Sequence record: OZ346205.1
DNA: 64,000 bases
Strand: one strand, 5' to 3'
From: a phage
How positions within the stretch are numbered: the first letter of the stretch is position 1; every line of letters starts with the position of its first letter. Positions 56,776 to 64,000 of the stretch are shown here, piece after piece. Below the pieces are notes generated by a model. It had not been told where the DNA came from. It worked only from the letters and a program-made list of their open reading frames with translations, and did not search any database. Both the position numbers and the translations under genes were made by a program.

Positions 56776-56804
56776 TTGAAATTAACAAAACAGTTAGGTA
56801 TACT
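56776..56804 (+). promoter_or_regulatory. sigma70-like promoter in divergent region
   Basis: TTGAAA - 17 nt - TATACT. Confidence 0.5.
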
Positions 56805-56832
56805 ATCGTTGAAATTAAAACGGAGGATTACT

Positions 56833-57243
56833 ATGTCTAAAATGCTATATATCGTGCGTGGTCTACCAGGGTCTGGCAAATCAACACTGGCAAGTGCGCT
56901 ATCTTTAGAAGGTCTGTATCCACATTTTGAGAACGACATGTTCTGGTACGACGATGATGGAAATTACAACTGGGATGCAAGTAAAGTAACACTTGCAGCA
57001 AAATGGTGCAAAGATAACGTAGAAGATATGATGCGTATGGGATACGACCGTATCGTGGTAAGTAATACATTTACAAAAGAAAAATATGTGCAAGAATATA
57101 TTGACATGGCGATCAGTCATGGGTATAGTTATACCGTAATCGTGGTTGAAAACCGCCATGGTAGTAAAAGCATTCATGATGTTCCAGACAGGGTTGTGGA
57201 TCGTATGGAACGCCAGCTTAAAAACTGCATTAAACTTAAATGA
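56833..57243 (+). CDS. polynucleotide 5'-kinase (P-loop, Pnk-like)
   Basis: ORF 56776..57243; ATG 56833 after ACGGAGG; P-loop GLPGSGKST. Confidence 0.6.
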   Translation: MSKMLYIVRGLPGSGKSTLASALSLEGLYPHFENDMFWYDDDGNYNWDASKVTLAAKWCKDNVEDMMRMGYDRIVVSNTFTKEKYVQEYIDMAISHGYSYTVIVVENRHGSKSIHDVPDRVVDRMERQLKNCIKLK

Positions 57244-57250
57244 GGAATGT

Positions 57251-57805
57251 ATGAAATACTTTGTAACAAGCGACACACACTTTCTCCACCAGCGGGTCAT
57301 GGAGTTTGACTCATGTCAAAAACACAGATCTCAGTATGATCACAATCTTGACAGTATGAATGCGGGGATCATCACCAAGTGGAACTCTGTTGTGTCACCT
57401 GCAGACACTGTGTTTCACTTAGGAGATATTGCGTGCACTAATGATAAGAATATTAACAAATTGCTCCCAGATGTTCTAAATATGTTGAACGGACATATTA
57501 TTCTTGTTCGTGGTAACCATGACACAAGGACGACTGTCAGAATTATGAAAGAGTTCGGTCATGAGGTTGTAGATTATTACGAGCTTCGCCACAACAAGAA
57601 TTTGATCTGTATGAGCCATTACCAGTTTGCAAAGTGGAACAGAAAGCCTCACGGATCGGTCCAACTGTTCGGTCATGCTCACGGAACCACACAGCAGTTG
57701 TTTGGCAGGCAGTTTGATGTCGGTTGGGATGTGTGGGGGAGACTCTTACCATTAGAAGAGGCATACCGTATTGCAATGAGTCTTGCTATTGACAGCGTGG
57801 AGTAA
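57251..57805 (+). CDS. calcineurin-like metallophosphoesterase
   Basis: ORF 57146..57805; ATG 57251 after GAGGAA; motifs DTHF, GDIA, GNHD, GHAH. Confidence 0.65.
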   Translation: MKYFVTSDTHFLHQRVMEFDSCQKHRSQYDHNLDSMNAGIITKWNSVVSPADTVFHLGDIACTNDKNINKLLPDVLNMLNGHIILVRGNHDTRTTVRIMKEFGHEVVDYYELRHNKNLICMSHYQFAKWNRKPHGSVQLFGHAHGTTQQLFGRQFDVGWDVWGRLLPLEEAYRIAMSLAIDSVE

Positions 57806-57852
57806 TCCCTGCTATTTTAAAGAAAATTGCCACACAAGGAGAATCAGGAGAT

Positions 57853-58203
57853 ATGAAAGATGGGGATAAGCTGCTATATCTTAAAGTCCCCCTTGAAATA
57901 CTGTCTATGTCAAAAGTTTTGAATGACACAACTGGTGAGGTTGTTGTTCTTGACTTATATGACAAGATCGTATACTGCTACCTGCACAACTGGTATAAGC
58001 TTGGAGGAAATTCACGCTTCACGCCCAGCACAAGGAAAATTGCAGCAGATATTGGGATAAAGAAAACAAAAGCAGCAGCGTGCGTTAAAACTTTAGAATG
58101 TGCAGGAGTGGTTGAAATATCCACGCAAGGGAGAGGTAAAAGATGCACATTTTCCAAAGTTTTGCCACCAGAAGAAGTTATTCGAATGTCAACAACTGGT
58201 TAG
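57853..58203 (+). CDS. putative winged-helix DNA-binding protein
   Basis: HTH-like STRKIAADIGIKKTKAAACVKTLE; immediately upstream of a palindromic iteron array. Confidence 0.4.
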   Translation: MKDGDKLLYLKVPLEILSMSKVLNDTTGEVVVLDLYDKIVYCYLHNWYKLGGNSRFTPSTRKIAADIGIKKTKAAACVKTLECAGVVEISTQGRGKRCTFSKVLPPEEVIRMSTTG

Positions 58204-58277
58204 ACCAGTAAAAACTTAAATATCTGTACTATAAGGATTCGTATGTTTTATGTTCACTCTGGAACAGAGGTTAGTAA

Positions 58278-58360
58278 CTGTCCGTGATACGGACACTACT
58301 GTCCGTCACGCGGACACATCTGTCCGTAATACGGACACTAACTGTCCGTGATACGGACAC
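58278..58360. repeat. iteron array: 4 tandem palindromes TGTCCGT-N5-ACGGACA
   Basis: Copies start at 58278, 58299, 58320, 58342 (21-22 bp period); followed by an A/T-rich stretch and further inverted repeats to about 58470. Confidence 0.8.
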
Positions 58361-58499
58361 ATAAAGAATATAACTAAAATAACTAAATAATAAAAAAAAT
58401 AAAAGATCTAGTACTTATGGTACTAAGTACATATACTTAACTTATGTAGAATATACTAGATCCTAAGTACCATGTTTTAAATTTATTACTTACTATAGG

Positions 58500-58790
58500 T
58501 AGTGTCGGCCCTTCATTGGCACTCGCCTACGAGGGGGCGAGATGCCGGGCCTCCTTGGTGCACACAATAACAGAAGTGCATACATGAAGGTCTGTTAACA
58601 TGTGTGGGAGCGAAGCGATAGCGCAGGCCAAAGGCCGAGCACTGATGTGGACCACCGACGAAAGCTTGCCAGCGCCGTAAGGAGTCGGTTGAGAGTCTCC
58701 CGCGCGAGCTTGGATGAAGTTTATGTGTGGAAACGGACAAGAAGGCCCCTAAATCGCTCCACAGCTATATAAACTATACCAGGTAAGGCA
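58500..58790 (+). other. GC-rich structured non-coding island (candidate ncRNA or leader)
   Basis: No credible ORF; nested inverted repeats, e.g. CCTTCAT/ATGAAGG, GGCACTCGCC/GGCGAGATGCC, GGGAGCGA/TCGCTCC. Confidence 0.3.
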
Positions 58791-58866
58791 ATCGCACCAG
58801 TTTGATAGAAAAGCTCGTTACAAAGCGATACAGTGAGTTTTTCTATAACTTGAAGAGGAGGCAGCT

Positions 58867-59445
58867 ATGAGTCCACGCAAAGATGACCGTGAAAAGATTG
58901 CAAAACGTTATCAGAATGAAGAACAGATGGAGAAAACTTTCAAGTGGAAGCCAGGTTTCCAGCGTAATCATTCTAACGCTCGTGATCGTAAGCATCCGGA
59001 TAAGTGGTTAACACCGCCAAATGATGGCATGCAGGTTGGGGATGAGAAGGAGCTGTCACCTGGAAAAGATGGCAACTACATTCGCACTAAGGAAGCAGGT
59101 CCAAAGGATGACAGCTATCTTGTAGATAAGGTTCTTGACGGTGTTGATGTAGGTGTTGACACTGTACGAAACCTTTTTCTTGGTTGGTATCGCACAGGGT
59201 TTTTCGACATCAAGGCTATTCGTCGTGTTTGTGATATTAAAAAGTCTGCCTACGATGATGATTCCCTACATCGCACTCTGAGACAATACTCAGAGAGGTA
59301 CGGTCATCCAGTTATCACTCTTGACGATATTAACGAAGTTATGTATCATGTAGAGGTTGTTGCAGGTAGGTTCGGTGATGCATATCTCGGTATTCTTTCT
59401 GCAAAGGATGAGGTAATGTTAAATAAGATTTACTATGAACGCTGA
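58867..59445 (+). CDS. hypothetical protein
   Basis: GAGGAGG RBS; 192 aa. Confidence 0.55.
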   Translation: MSPRKDDREKIAKRYQNEEQMEKTFKWKPGFQRNHSNARDRKHPDKWLTPPNDGMQVGDEKELSPGKDGNYIRTKEAGPKDDSYLVDKVLDGVDVGVDTVRNLFLGWYRTGFFDIKAIRRVCDIKKSAYDDDSLHRTLRQYSERYGHPVITLDDINEVMYHVEVVAGRFGDAYLGILSAKDEVMLNKIYYER

Positions 59446-59455
59446 GGGGCGATTA

Positions 59456-59644
59456 ATGAACAATCCGGTAGCAAAGAACTGTAATAAATTCAACAAGTCT
59501 GCGATTCACACTGACAGGAAAAAGAGTTGGTTTCCTGACATTGACGAGGAGCTTGAGAGTTACTTTGAAGATTTAGTCACCAATGCAGATGAGGTTGCGA
59601 TTAAAGAATACGCAGACAGGAGGGATAAGGCCGGAATCTGTTGA
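59456..59644 (+). CDS. hypothetical protein
   Basis: ORF 59435..59644; ATG 59456 after GAGGGG. Confidence 0.45.
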   Translation: MNNPVAKNCNKFNKSAIHTDRKKSWFPDIDEELESYFEDLVTNADEVAIKEYADRRDKAGIC

Positions 59645-59720
59645 CAAAAATAATGTTACCTGATAAGATCTGCAATATGATGTGATACAATTTTAACTTA
59701 CGAGGTCTACAGGTAATGCT

Positions 59721-59963
59721 ATGTTTAAGGTTAAGCTCGTTTTTCGTTCCATGAATGAGGATTATTTAGAAGATGAAGGTGAATTTCGTGCACTGGATGA
59801 TGCAATAGATTTTGCCAACGACTTAGCTTGTATGAATACGGGTTATGGGCTATGCTGTTGGGATGGTGGTGTTCAGATCGGTGATAGCAAGATCTTCTAC
59901 TTCTACCCTGAGCCTGATAACAAACAAATTAAGTATGTTTTATTTATTTGTGCTTTACAATGA
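59721..59963 (+). CDS. hypothetical protein
   Basis: ORF track; promoter-like TTGACA/TGATAA pair upstream. Confidence 0.5.
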   Translation: MFKVKLVFRSMNEDYLEDEGEFRALDDAIDFANDLACMNTGYGLCCWDGGVQIGDSKIFYFYPEPDNKQIKYVLFICALQ

Positions 59964-59989
59964 GGTTGTTTTCGTGTATCATGATGAAT

Positions 59990-60250
59990 ATCCAATTTAA
60001 AGATGAATTTGATGGCTTTATCTCCGGATGCTTTGAAACAGGGTTCGGAGAAGGCTGAGTTCCCCTTAGAGGGCTTGATAGTGCACCACACTTAAAATGG
60101 TAGGGGCAGCCAGCACATGACGATGTGACCCCAGCCAACCTGTAATAAGGTCGAGCCAAAGTGCGGTAATGGGCTCTGGTAACCCACTTGTTGGGTCTTG
60201 CTGGTCCAGGACGCTGGACAAGTCGCAGGGAATACCACCCTGCGGCGAAC
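59990..60250 (+). other. GC-rich non-coding island (candidate ncRNA or leader)
   Basis: About 340 nt without credible ORF between two genes; GC-rich relative to surroundings. Confidence 0.25.
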
Positions 60251-60279
60251 TTGACAATCAGTATTTGCTATGATAAAAT
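60251..60279 (+). promoter_or_regulatory. sigma70-like promoter
   Basis: TTGACA - 17 nt - TAAAAT. Confidence 0.55.
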
Positions 60280-60307
60280 CCACCTATCACGTGATAATGG
60301 AGGAAAC

Positions 60308-60646
60308 ATGGCGGATACAACTAAAAAGCGTCGCCGTAGAGGCAGACCTCTGAAAGAGGAGTCCAACGCCATTCAGCTAGAGAAGAACATCCTTGATATG
60401 AAGGAATCTTTTATAGCGATGGTTCCAGAAGCTCACAAAGTTTTAAGAGAGCTGATGTTGGACCCGAAAACCAAACAAAATATTCGTCAAAGCATTGCAG
60501 AGTATGTTCTTGATAAGGCAGACCGAATGCAGGAAGAATATGATGAGATGTTTGGTGAAGAGGAAGAGGTGGTAGTGGAAGAGGCTGAAAAACCAGCACC
60601 TTTTATGCCATTTACTACAGAAATACAGCCTGTTAGCAATAGCTAA
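60308..60646 (+). CDS. hypothetical protein with basic N-terminus (possible DNA-binding; terminase small subunit candidate)
   Basis: ORF 60188..60646; ATG 60308 after GGAGGAA; KKRRRRGRP N-terminus; position upstream of terminase large subunit. Confidence 0.45.
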   Translation: MADTTKKRRRRGRPLKEESNAIQLEKNILDMKESFIAMVPEAHKVLRELMLDPKTKQNIRQSIAEYVLDKADRMQEEYDEMFGEEEEVVVEEAEKPAPFMPFTTEIQPVSNS

Positions 60647-60655
60647 AATATTTTC

Positions 60656-60684
60656 TTGACAAACTTTGCTTAACAGTGTAATAT
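60656..60684 (+). promoter_or_regulatory. sigma70-like promoter for tRNA cluster
   Basis: TTGACA - 17 nt - TAATAT. Confidence 0.55.
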
Positions 60685-60742
60685 TGTAAACATGGTCTCC
60701 CACCTTTTCTGGCGGCTAAGGTGTAAAAGAAAGCCACCCAGT

Positions 60743-60817
60743 GCCCTGTTAGCTTAGTGGATAAAGCAGCGGCCTTCTAAGCCGTTGACACTGGTTCGAG
60801 TCCAGTACGGGGTGCCA
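60743..60817 (+). tRNA. tRNA-Arg (anticodon UCU)
   Basis: Cloverleaf by eye: acceptor GCCCTGT/ACGGGGT, anticodon loop CTTCTAA, T-loop TTCGAGT, encoded CCA. Confidence 0.8.
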
Positions 60818-60821
60818 AATT

Positions 60822-60908
60822 GGGGAGTTATCCCGTAGAGGTAGCGGTGTAGACTGTAAATCTATTGTCATTGCGACTCGGGTGGTTCGACTCCACCACT
60901 CCCCACCA
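60822..60908 (+). tRNA. tRNA-Tyr (anticodon GUA)
   Basis: Acceptor GGGGAGT/ACTCCCC, anticodon loop CTGTAAA, long variable arm, T-loop TTCGACT, CCA. Confidence 0.75.
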
Positions 60909-61022
60909 AATTTATATTTTTAGATGCATAAATAATACAGATAATGGCATTGATATTTATCGTCGTTTATACTAGTCACTAACTGCTCGAAAATCAGTGT
61001 CATTATCAGTATAATTTATAAA

Positions 61023-61113
61023 GGAGGGTAGGGAGCAATGGTGCTCAAGCGGTATTGAAAACCGTCCCGTTGAGGATGACTCGATGATGGTTCGATTCCA
61101 TTACTCTCCGCCA
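61023..61113 (+). tRNA. tRNA-Ser (anticodon UGA)
   Basis: Acceptor GGAGGGT/ACTCTCC, anticodon loop ATTGAAA, long variable arm, T-loop TTCGATT, CCA. Confidence 0.65.
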
Positions 61114-61211
61114 CATTGTTGACCTTGTAATTAAGCGAAAGCCGGAAGCAGAACCGGATTATCAAATGTTACAGTCGTCATCGCCGACTAGCAACATGGT
61201 CAACATACTGA

Positions 61212-61310
61212 GCTAGGTAAGCCCTTTGGCAAGGGCGAGGATTTTTAATCCTGAAAATAGACGAGGTAGTCGTTGAATACATAGGTGGTTCGATTCCATC
61301 ACCTAGCACC
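61212..61310 (+). tRNA. atypical tRNA-like gene (99 nt; anticodon loop TTTTTAA, UUU?)
   Basis: Acceptor GCTAGGT/ACCTAGC, D-arm GCCC...GGGC, T-arm GGTGG-TTCGATT-CCATC, but 30-nt extra region and imperfect anticodon stem. Confidence 0.4.
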
Positions 61311-61315
61311 TTTTT

Positions 61316-61391
61316 GCTGATGTAGCACAATCGGTAGTGCAATTGATTTGTAATCAATAGGTTGTAGGTTCAAGTCCTGCCATCAGCACCA
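61316..61391 (+). tRNA. tRNA-Thr (anticodon UGU)
   Basis: Acceptor GCTGATG/CATCAGC, anticodon arm ATTGA-TTTGTAA-TCAAT, CCA. Confidence 0.8.
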
Positions 61392-61392
61392 A

Positions 61393-61467
61393 GGCCCTGT
61401 AGCTGGAAGGTTCAAGCAAGCGACTCATAATCGCCAGACGGTGGTTCAATTCCACCCAGGGCCACCA
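61393..61467 (+). tRNA. tRNA-Met (anticodon CAU; could be Ile-lysidine type)
   Basis: Acceptor GGCCCTG/CAGGGCC, anticodon loop CTCATAA, T-loop TTCAATT, CCA. Confidence 0.75.
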
Positions 61468-61478
61468 AATAGTAAATA

Positions 61479-61555
61479 CTCCGCGTAGCTCAGCTTGGTA
61501 GAGCGCCTGATTTGGGATCAGGAGGTCGAGTGTTCGAATCACTCCGTGGAGACCA
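61479..61555 (+). tRNA. tRNA-Pro (anticodon UGG)
   Basis: Acceptor CTCCGCG/CGTGGAG, D-arm GCTC...GAGC, anticodon arm CCTGA-TTTGGGA-TCAGG, T-loop TTCGAAT, CCA. Confidence 0.8.
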
Positions 61556-61601
61556 CTTTCAGTTATACTTTAAACATATATAAACAAAAGGAACCTTTAA
61601 A

Positions 61602-61871
61602 ATGTATACACTTAAAATTGTAGAGCGTGTAAATCCAACTCATACCGTAGATTTTCGTGACGATTTCAATCCTCTGGCTGTAAATCTTCGAGAGTCATAT
61701 CATGAACTCAGCTGCGATGCAGTGGTGGTCTTTTTTGAAGACAACTCTGAAGGGGCGGTAGCTTGTGTTGTTGATAGTGAGCAGAAGTTTTATATTTACA
61801 GAGATGTAGATGCATACTTGATGAATGAAAATGCAGTTACTGTTAGAATCATCCACCGAGTGCCTCGATAA
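61602..61871 (+). CDS. hypothetical protein
   Basis: AAAGGAAC RBS; 89 aa. Confidence 0.5.
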   Translation: MYTLKIVERVNPTHTVDFRDDFNPLAVNLRESYHELSCDAVVVFFEDNSEGAVACVVDSEQKFYIYRDVDAYLMNENAVTVRIIHRVPR

Positions 61872-61923
61872 GTATTAGTCTCCTTTTAGTTAGTTTCGAT
61901 CTATTTAGGTTACTCAATTTTAA

Positions 61924-61958
61924 CCCGCCCCGTTAGCTGTATAGCTGCGGGGTTTTTT
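61924..61958 (+). terminator. rho-independent terminator
   Basis: CCCGCCCCG ... CGGGG stem followed by TTTTTTCG. Confidence 0.65.
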
Positions 61959-61976
61959 CGTTTCTGGAGCCTTAAA

Positions 61977-62375
61977 ATGATTTCAGTTTTAACATGGCTG
62001 AGCAGGTATAAAGGGATCATAAAAGGTTTAGTTTTTGCAGCTGCGATAGGTACAGCTTATCTTGGGGCCGTGTATTGGTTTAACTCTAAGCTTAATGATG
62101 CCTACCAAGAAGGTGTGTCAGCAACAGAGTTAAAGTGGGAACGGATCCTTGATCAGCAACAAAAGCAGGCCGACAAAATTAAAATGGGCCACGCAGAGGA
62201 GGTTAAAAACCTTGAAAAATCCCTTTCTGATCTGCAGGATAAATTAAATATAGCTGAGAAGGCAGGTAAAGAAAAGCAGATTATCTACCTCCAGTCACCT
62301 GAAGGCAAGAAGTCAACACTTCCTGATCAGCTTATAGATATTTATAATGAGAGTATCAATCAGGAGGATCAATGA
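61977..62375 (+). CDS. i-spanin-like protein (Rz-like)
   Basis: N-terminal TM helix then coiled-coil-rich periplasmic region; directly followed by lipoprotein gene. Confidence 0.5.
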   Translation: MISVLTWLSRYKGIIKGLVFAAAIGTAYLGAVYWFNSKLNDAYQEGVSATELKWERILDQQQKQADKIKMGHAEEVKNLEKSLSDLQDKLNIAEKAGKEKQIIYLQSPEGKKSTLPDQLIDIYNESINQEDQ

Positions 62376-62659
62376 GAGTTGCTACACTGTTTATTGTGTG
62401 CTTGTTATTATGTGGGTGTGCAACCAGCGTTGAGAGAGAATACAAGATTGACCCTCCTGATGTAGGAAGGTTGATTGTTAAACCCCCGGAAGGTGCCATG
62501 AAACCACCTGCTAAAGCTATGCCTTTGAAGAAAGGTGCGCCAGATGCAGTGAATTCTGGCATTATGAGGGATAATAATCTGTCTTGTAGCAATGATAGAG
62601 CTAAATTGATCATTTTGCAAGACTATATTAGAACACTTTTTCCAAAGGAGAGAGGTTAA
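62372..62659 (+). CDS. o-spanin-like outer-membrane lipoprotein (Rz1-like)
   Basis: Signal peptide with lipobox LLCGC, Pro-rich mature part; AGGAGG RBS. Confidence 0.55.
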   Translation: MRVATLFIVCLLLCGCATSVEREYKIDPPDVGRLIVKPPEGAMKPPAKAMPLKKGAPDAVNSGIMRDNNLSCSNDRAKLIILQDYIRTLFPKERG

Positions 62660-63084
62660 TGTCTAAGATTTACGGACCGTGTTCTGAAAAGCAGAAGATG
62701 ATCCTAGAAAACGATGCAGATATTTTGGTAATCGGCGGTGCCGCAGGGTCTGGCAAGTCGTTCCTCTTGCAATTGATGCCACTTAAAATTATTGATGACC
62801 CCCACAGCTCTGTGGTTATGTTCCGAAGAACAACCCCACAGTTGGAAGGTGAGGGTGGATTATGGCCTAAAGCAGTAGCTATTTATAGTGATCTGCCTGA
62901 AAACATTAAGCCAAAGTTTAGAGAGAAGGATCATAAGTTCATTTTTCCACGGTTTGATCCGAACACTGGCAAGTGGGATAGAAGCAAAAAGGGAGCTGTT
63001 GTAAAATACTGCCACATGGAGTATGTACAAGATAAGCTTAACCATCAGGGGCTTGAGTACACCATGGTTTGCTTCGATGAGGGT
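62659..63084 (+). CDS. terminase large subunit, exon 1 (ATPase N-terminus)
   Basis: Walker A VIGGAAGSGKSF; Walker B-like MVCFDEG at the exon end; frame interrupted by intron. Confidence 0.5.
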
Positions 63085-64000
63085 TAATTTGTAGCTCTCG
63101 TAAAACCTCCCTAATTGCGGGGAAATCTTTATTATTGACACCACCAACCTGTCATGGTAACATGACAGAGGCTTCGAAGAGAGATCGAAGGTATGGTAAC
63201 AGTGTGTTAATTTAGATAATCCGCAGCGAAGCATCCGAGAGGATGAACGTTCAACGACTAGTCGAAAGACGTAGAATCAAGCGATTCGAAACGGGAGGGT
63301 GAATGTGTAATACTAAGAAATGTATGGATTGCCAAAGAGTTCTACCTATTGATGATTTCTTTTTATCATCTAAGAGCAAGGATGGATACTCAGGTACATG
63401 CAAGGAATGCTATATGTACTACAGGAAGGGTGGATCTCGTAAAAACAAAAATATGGTTAAGAGAGATGATGCAGCATTGTTTATTCAAGACTTGCTGAAG
63501 AAAGGTGAACTTTTTGAATGCAAATCTTGTCATGAAAGTATGCTCGCTGATAGTTTTTACACAAAACGTGACTATGGTAAAGTATATCTGGTTACGAACA
63601 GGTGTAAGATGTGTGAAAAGTTTTATCAGATTGAGAAGAAATTTCACATAACAAAAGATGAATACTATCGTCTACTCTCAGATCAAGATCATAAGTGTGC
63701 CATTTGTAGAATATCCCTTGATGAGTATAGGACGCAAGGGTATAGAGATTTCTTTTGTGTTGATCATGACCATAAAACTGGTGCTGTAAGAGGGTTGCTT
63801 TGTGATAAATGCAACAGAGCTTTAGGTTTCTTCCAAGAGGATGAGGAAACTATTCTTAGAGCGGCAGAGTATTTACACATTCATAAGATATAGTCTGGTC
63901 TGCATGGAGACATGCAGCTGCCTGAAAATGGCGGGGCAAGACTAGCGACCTTGCCCGAACATAAACGACACAATTCGAATGGGAGCAGATAGACTACCTG
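63085..64000 (+). mobile_element. group I intron with homing-endonuclease ORF in terminase gene (3' end beyond window)
   Basis: P AATTGCGGGGAAATC (63113), Q AATCCGCAGCG (63228), R GTTCAACGACTAGTCG (63249), S AAGATATAGTCTGG (63884); ORF 63303..63893 lies between R and S. Confidence 0.65.
63303..63893 (+). CDS. intron-encoded endonuclease VII / HNH-family homing endonuclease
   Basis: CAIC...DHDHKTGAVRGLLCDKCN motif; N-terminal CxxC zinc-ribbon repeats; GGGAGGG RBS. Confidence 0.6.
   Translation: MCNTKKCMDCQRVLPIDDFFLSSKSKDGYSGTCKECYMYYRKGGSRKNKNMVKRDDAALFIQDLLKKGELFECKSCHESMLADSFYTKRDYGKVYLVTNRCKMCEKFYQIEKKFHITKDEYYRLLSDQDHKCAICRISLDEYRTQGYRDFFCVDHDHKTGAVRGLLCDKCNRALGFFQEDEETILRAAEYLHIHKI

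Noticed and set aside
58513-58740. 75-aa - strand ORF in the GC-rich island
   Set aside because: Arg/Ser/Pro/His-rich, no RBS, coincides with nested inverted repeats; treated as non-coding
58500-60250. Tested the GC-rich islands against memory of RNase P RNA, tmRNA and hammerhead cores
   Set aside because: Only short partial matches (e.g. CCGGGCCUCC, GUGCGGUAA, CUGAUG..GAAA without the required A9); no tRNA-like ends or complete conserved regions, so no family assignment is made
1-64000. Integrase, transposase or prophage att sites
   Set aside because: No recombinase motifs seen; the only mobile elements supported are the two group I introns and free-standing HNH/EndoVII genes

Overview
The window is a densely coded segment of a large virulent tailed-phage genome (enterobacterial flavour: lambda R-like lysozyme, E. 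coli-type SSB tail). All calls rest on motif reading by eye; no database search, RNA folding or covariance model was run. Layout: (1) 1-24.6 kb, + strand: partial MTase, C5-MTase, primase-helicase, an intron-split family-A DNA polymerase, SSB-like protein, macro-domain protein, then some 50 small genes, most with their own sigma70-like promoter. (2) 15.4-16.4 kb: a 1-kb non-coding island of tandem repeats and GC-rich hairpins. (3) 24.9-56.7 kb, - strand: nucleotide-metabolism and DNA-repair block (HPF homologue, ClpP-like, PhoH, NrdG/NrdD/Grx/NrdB/NrdA, ThyX, HAD phosphatase, dNMP kinase, two MTases, DEDD exonuclease, EndoVII, RuvC-like, flap endonuclease, HNH, lambda-type endolysin, DNA ligase, MazG-like, Sir2-like, RNA ligase). 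(4) 56.8-64 kb, + strand: polynucleotide kinase, metallophosphoesterase, wHTH protein with a palindromic iteron array, two GC-rich non-coding islands, a 7-gene tRNA cluster (one atypical), spanin pair, and terminase large-subunit exon 1 interrupted by a group I intron carrying an EndoVII/HNH homing endonuclease. Most worth follow-up: the Sir2 / RNA-repair / macro-domain gene set, the phage HPF homologue, the iteron array, the structured non-coding islands, and the stereotyped promoter-hairpin-RBS leaders.
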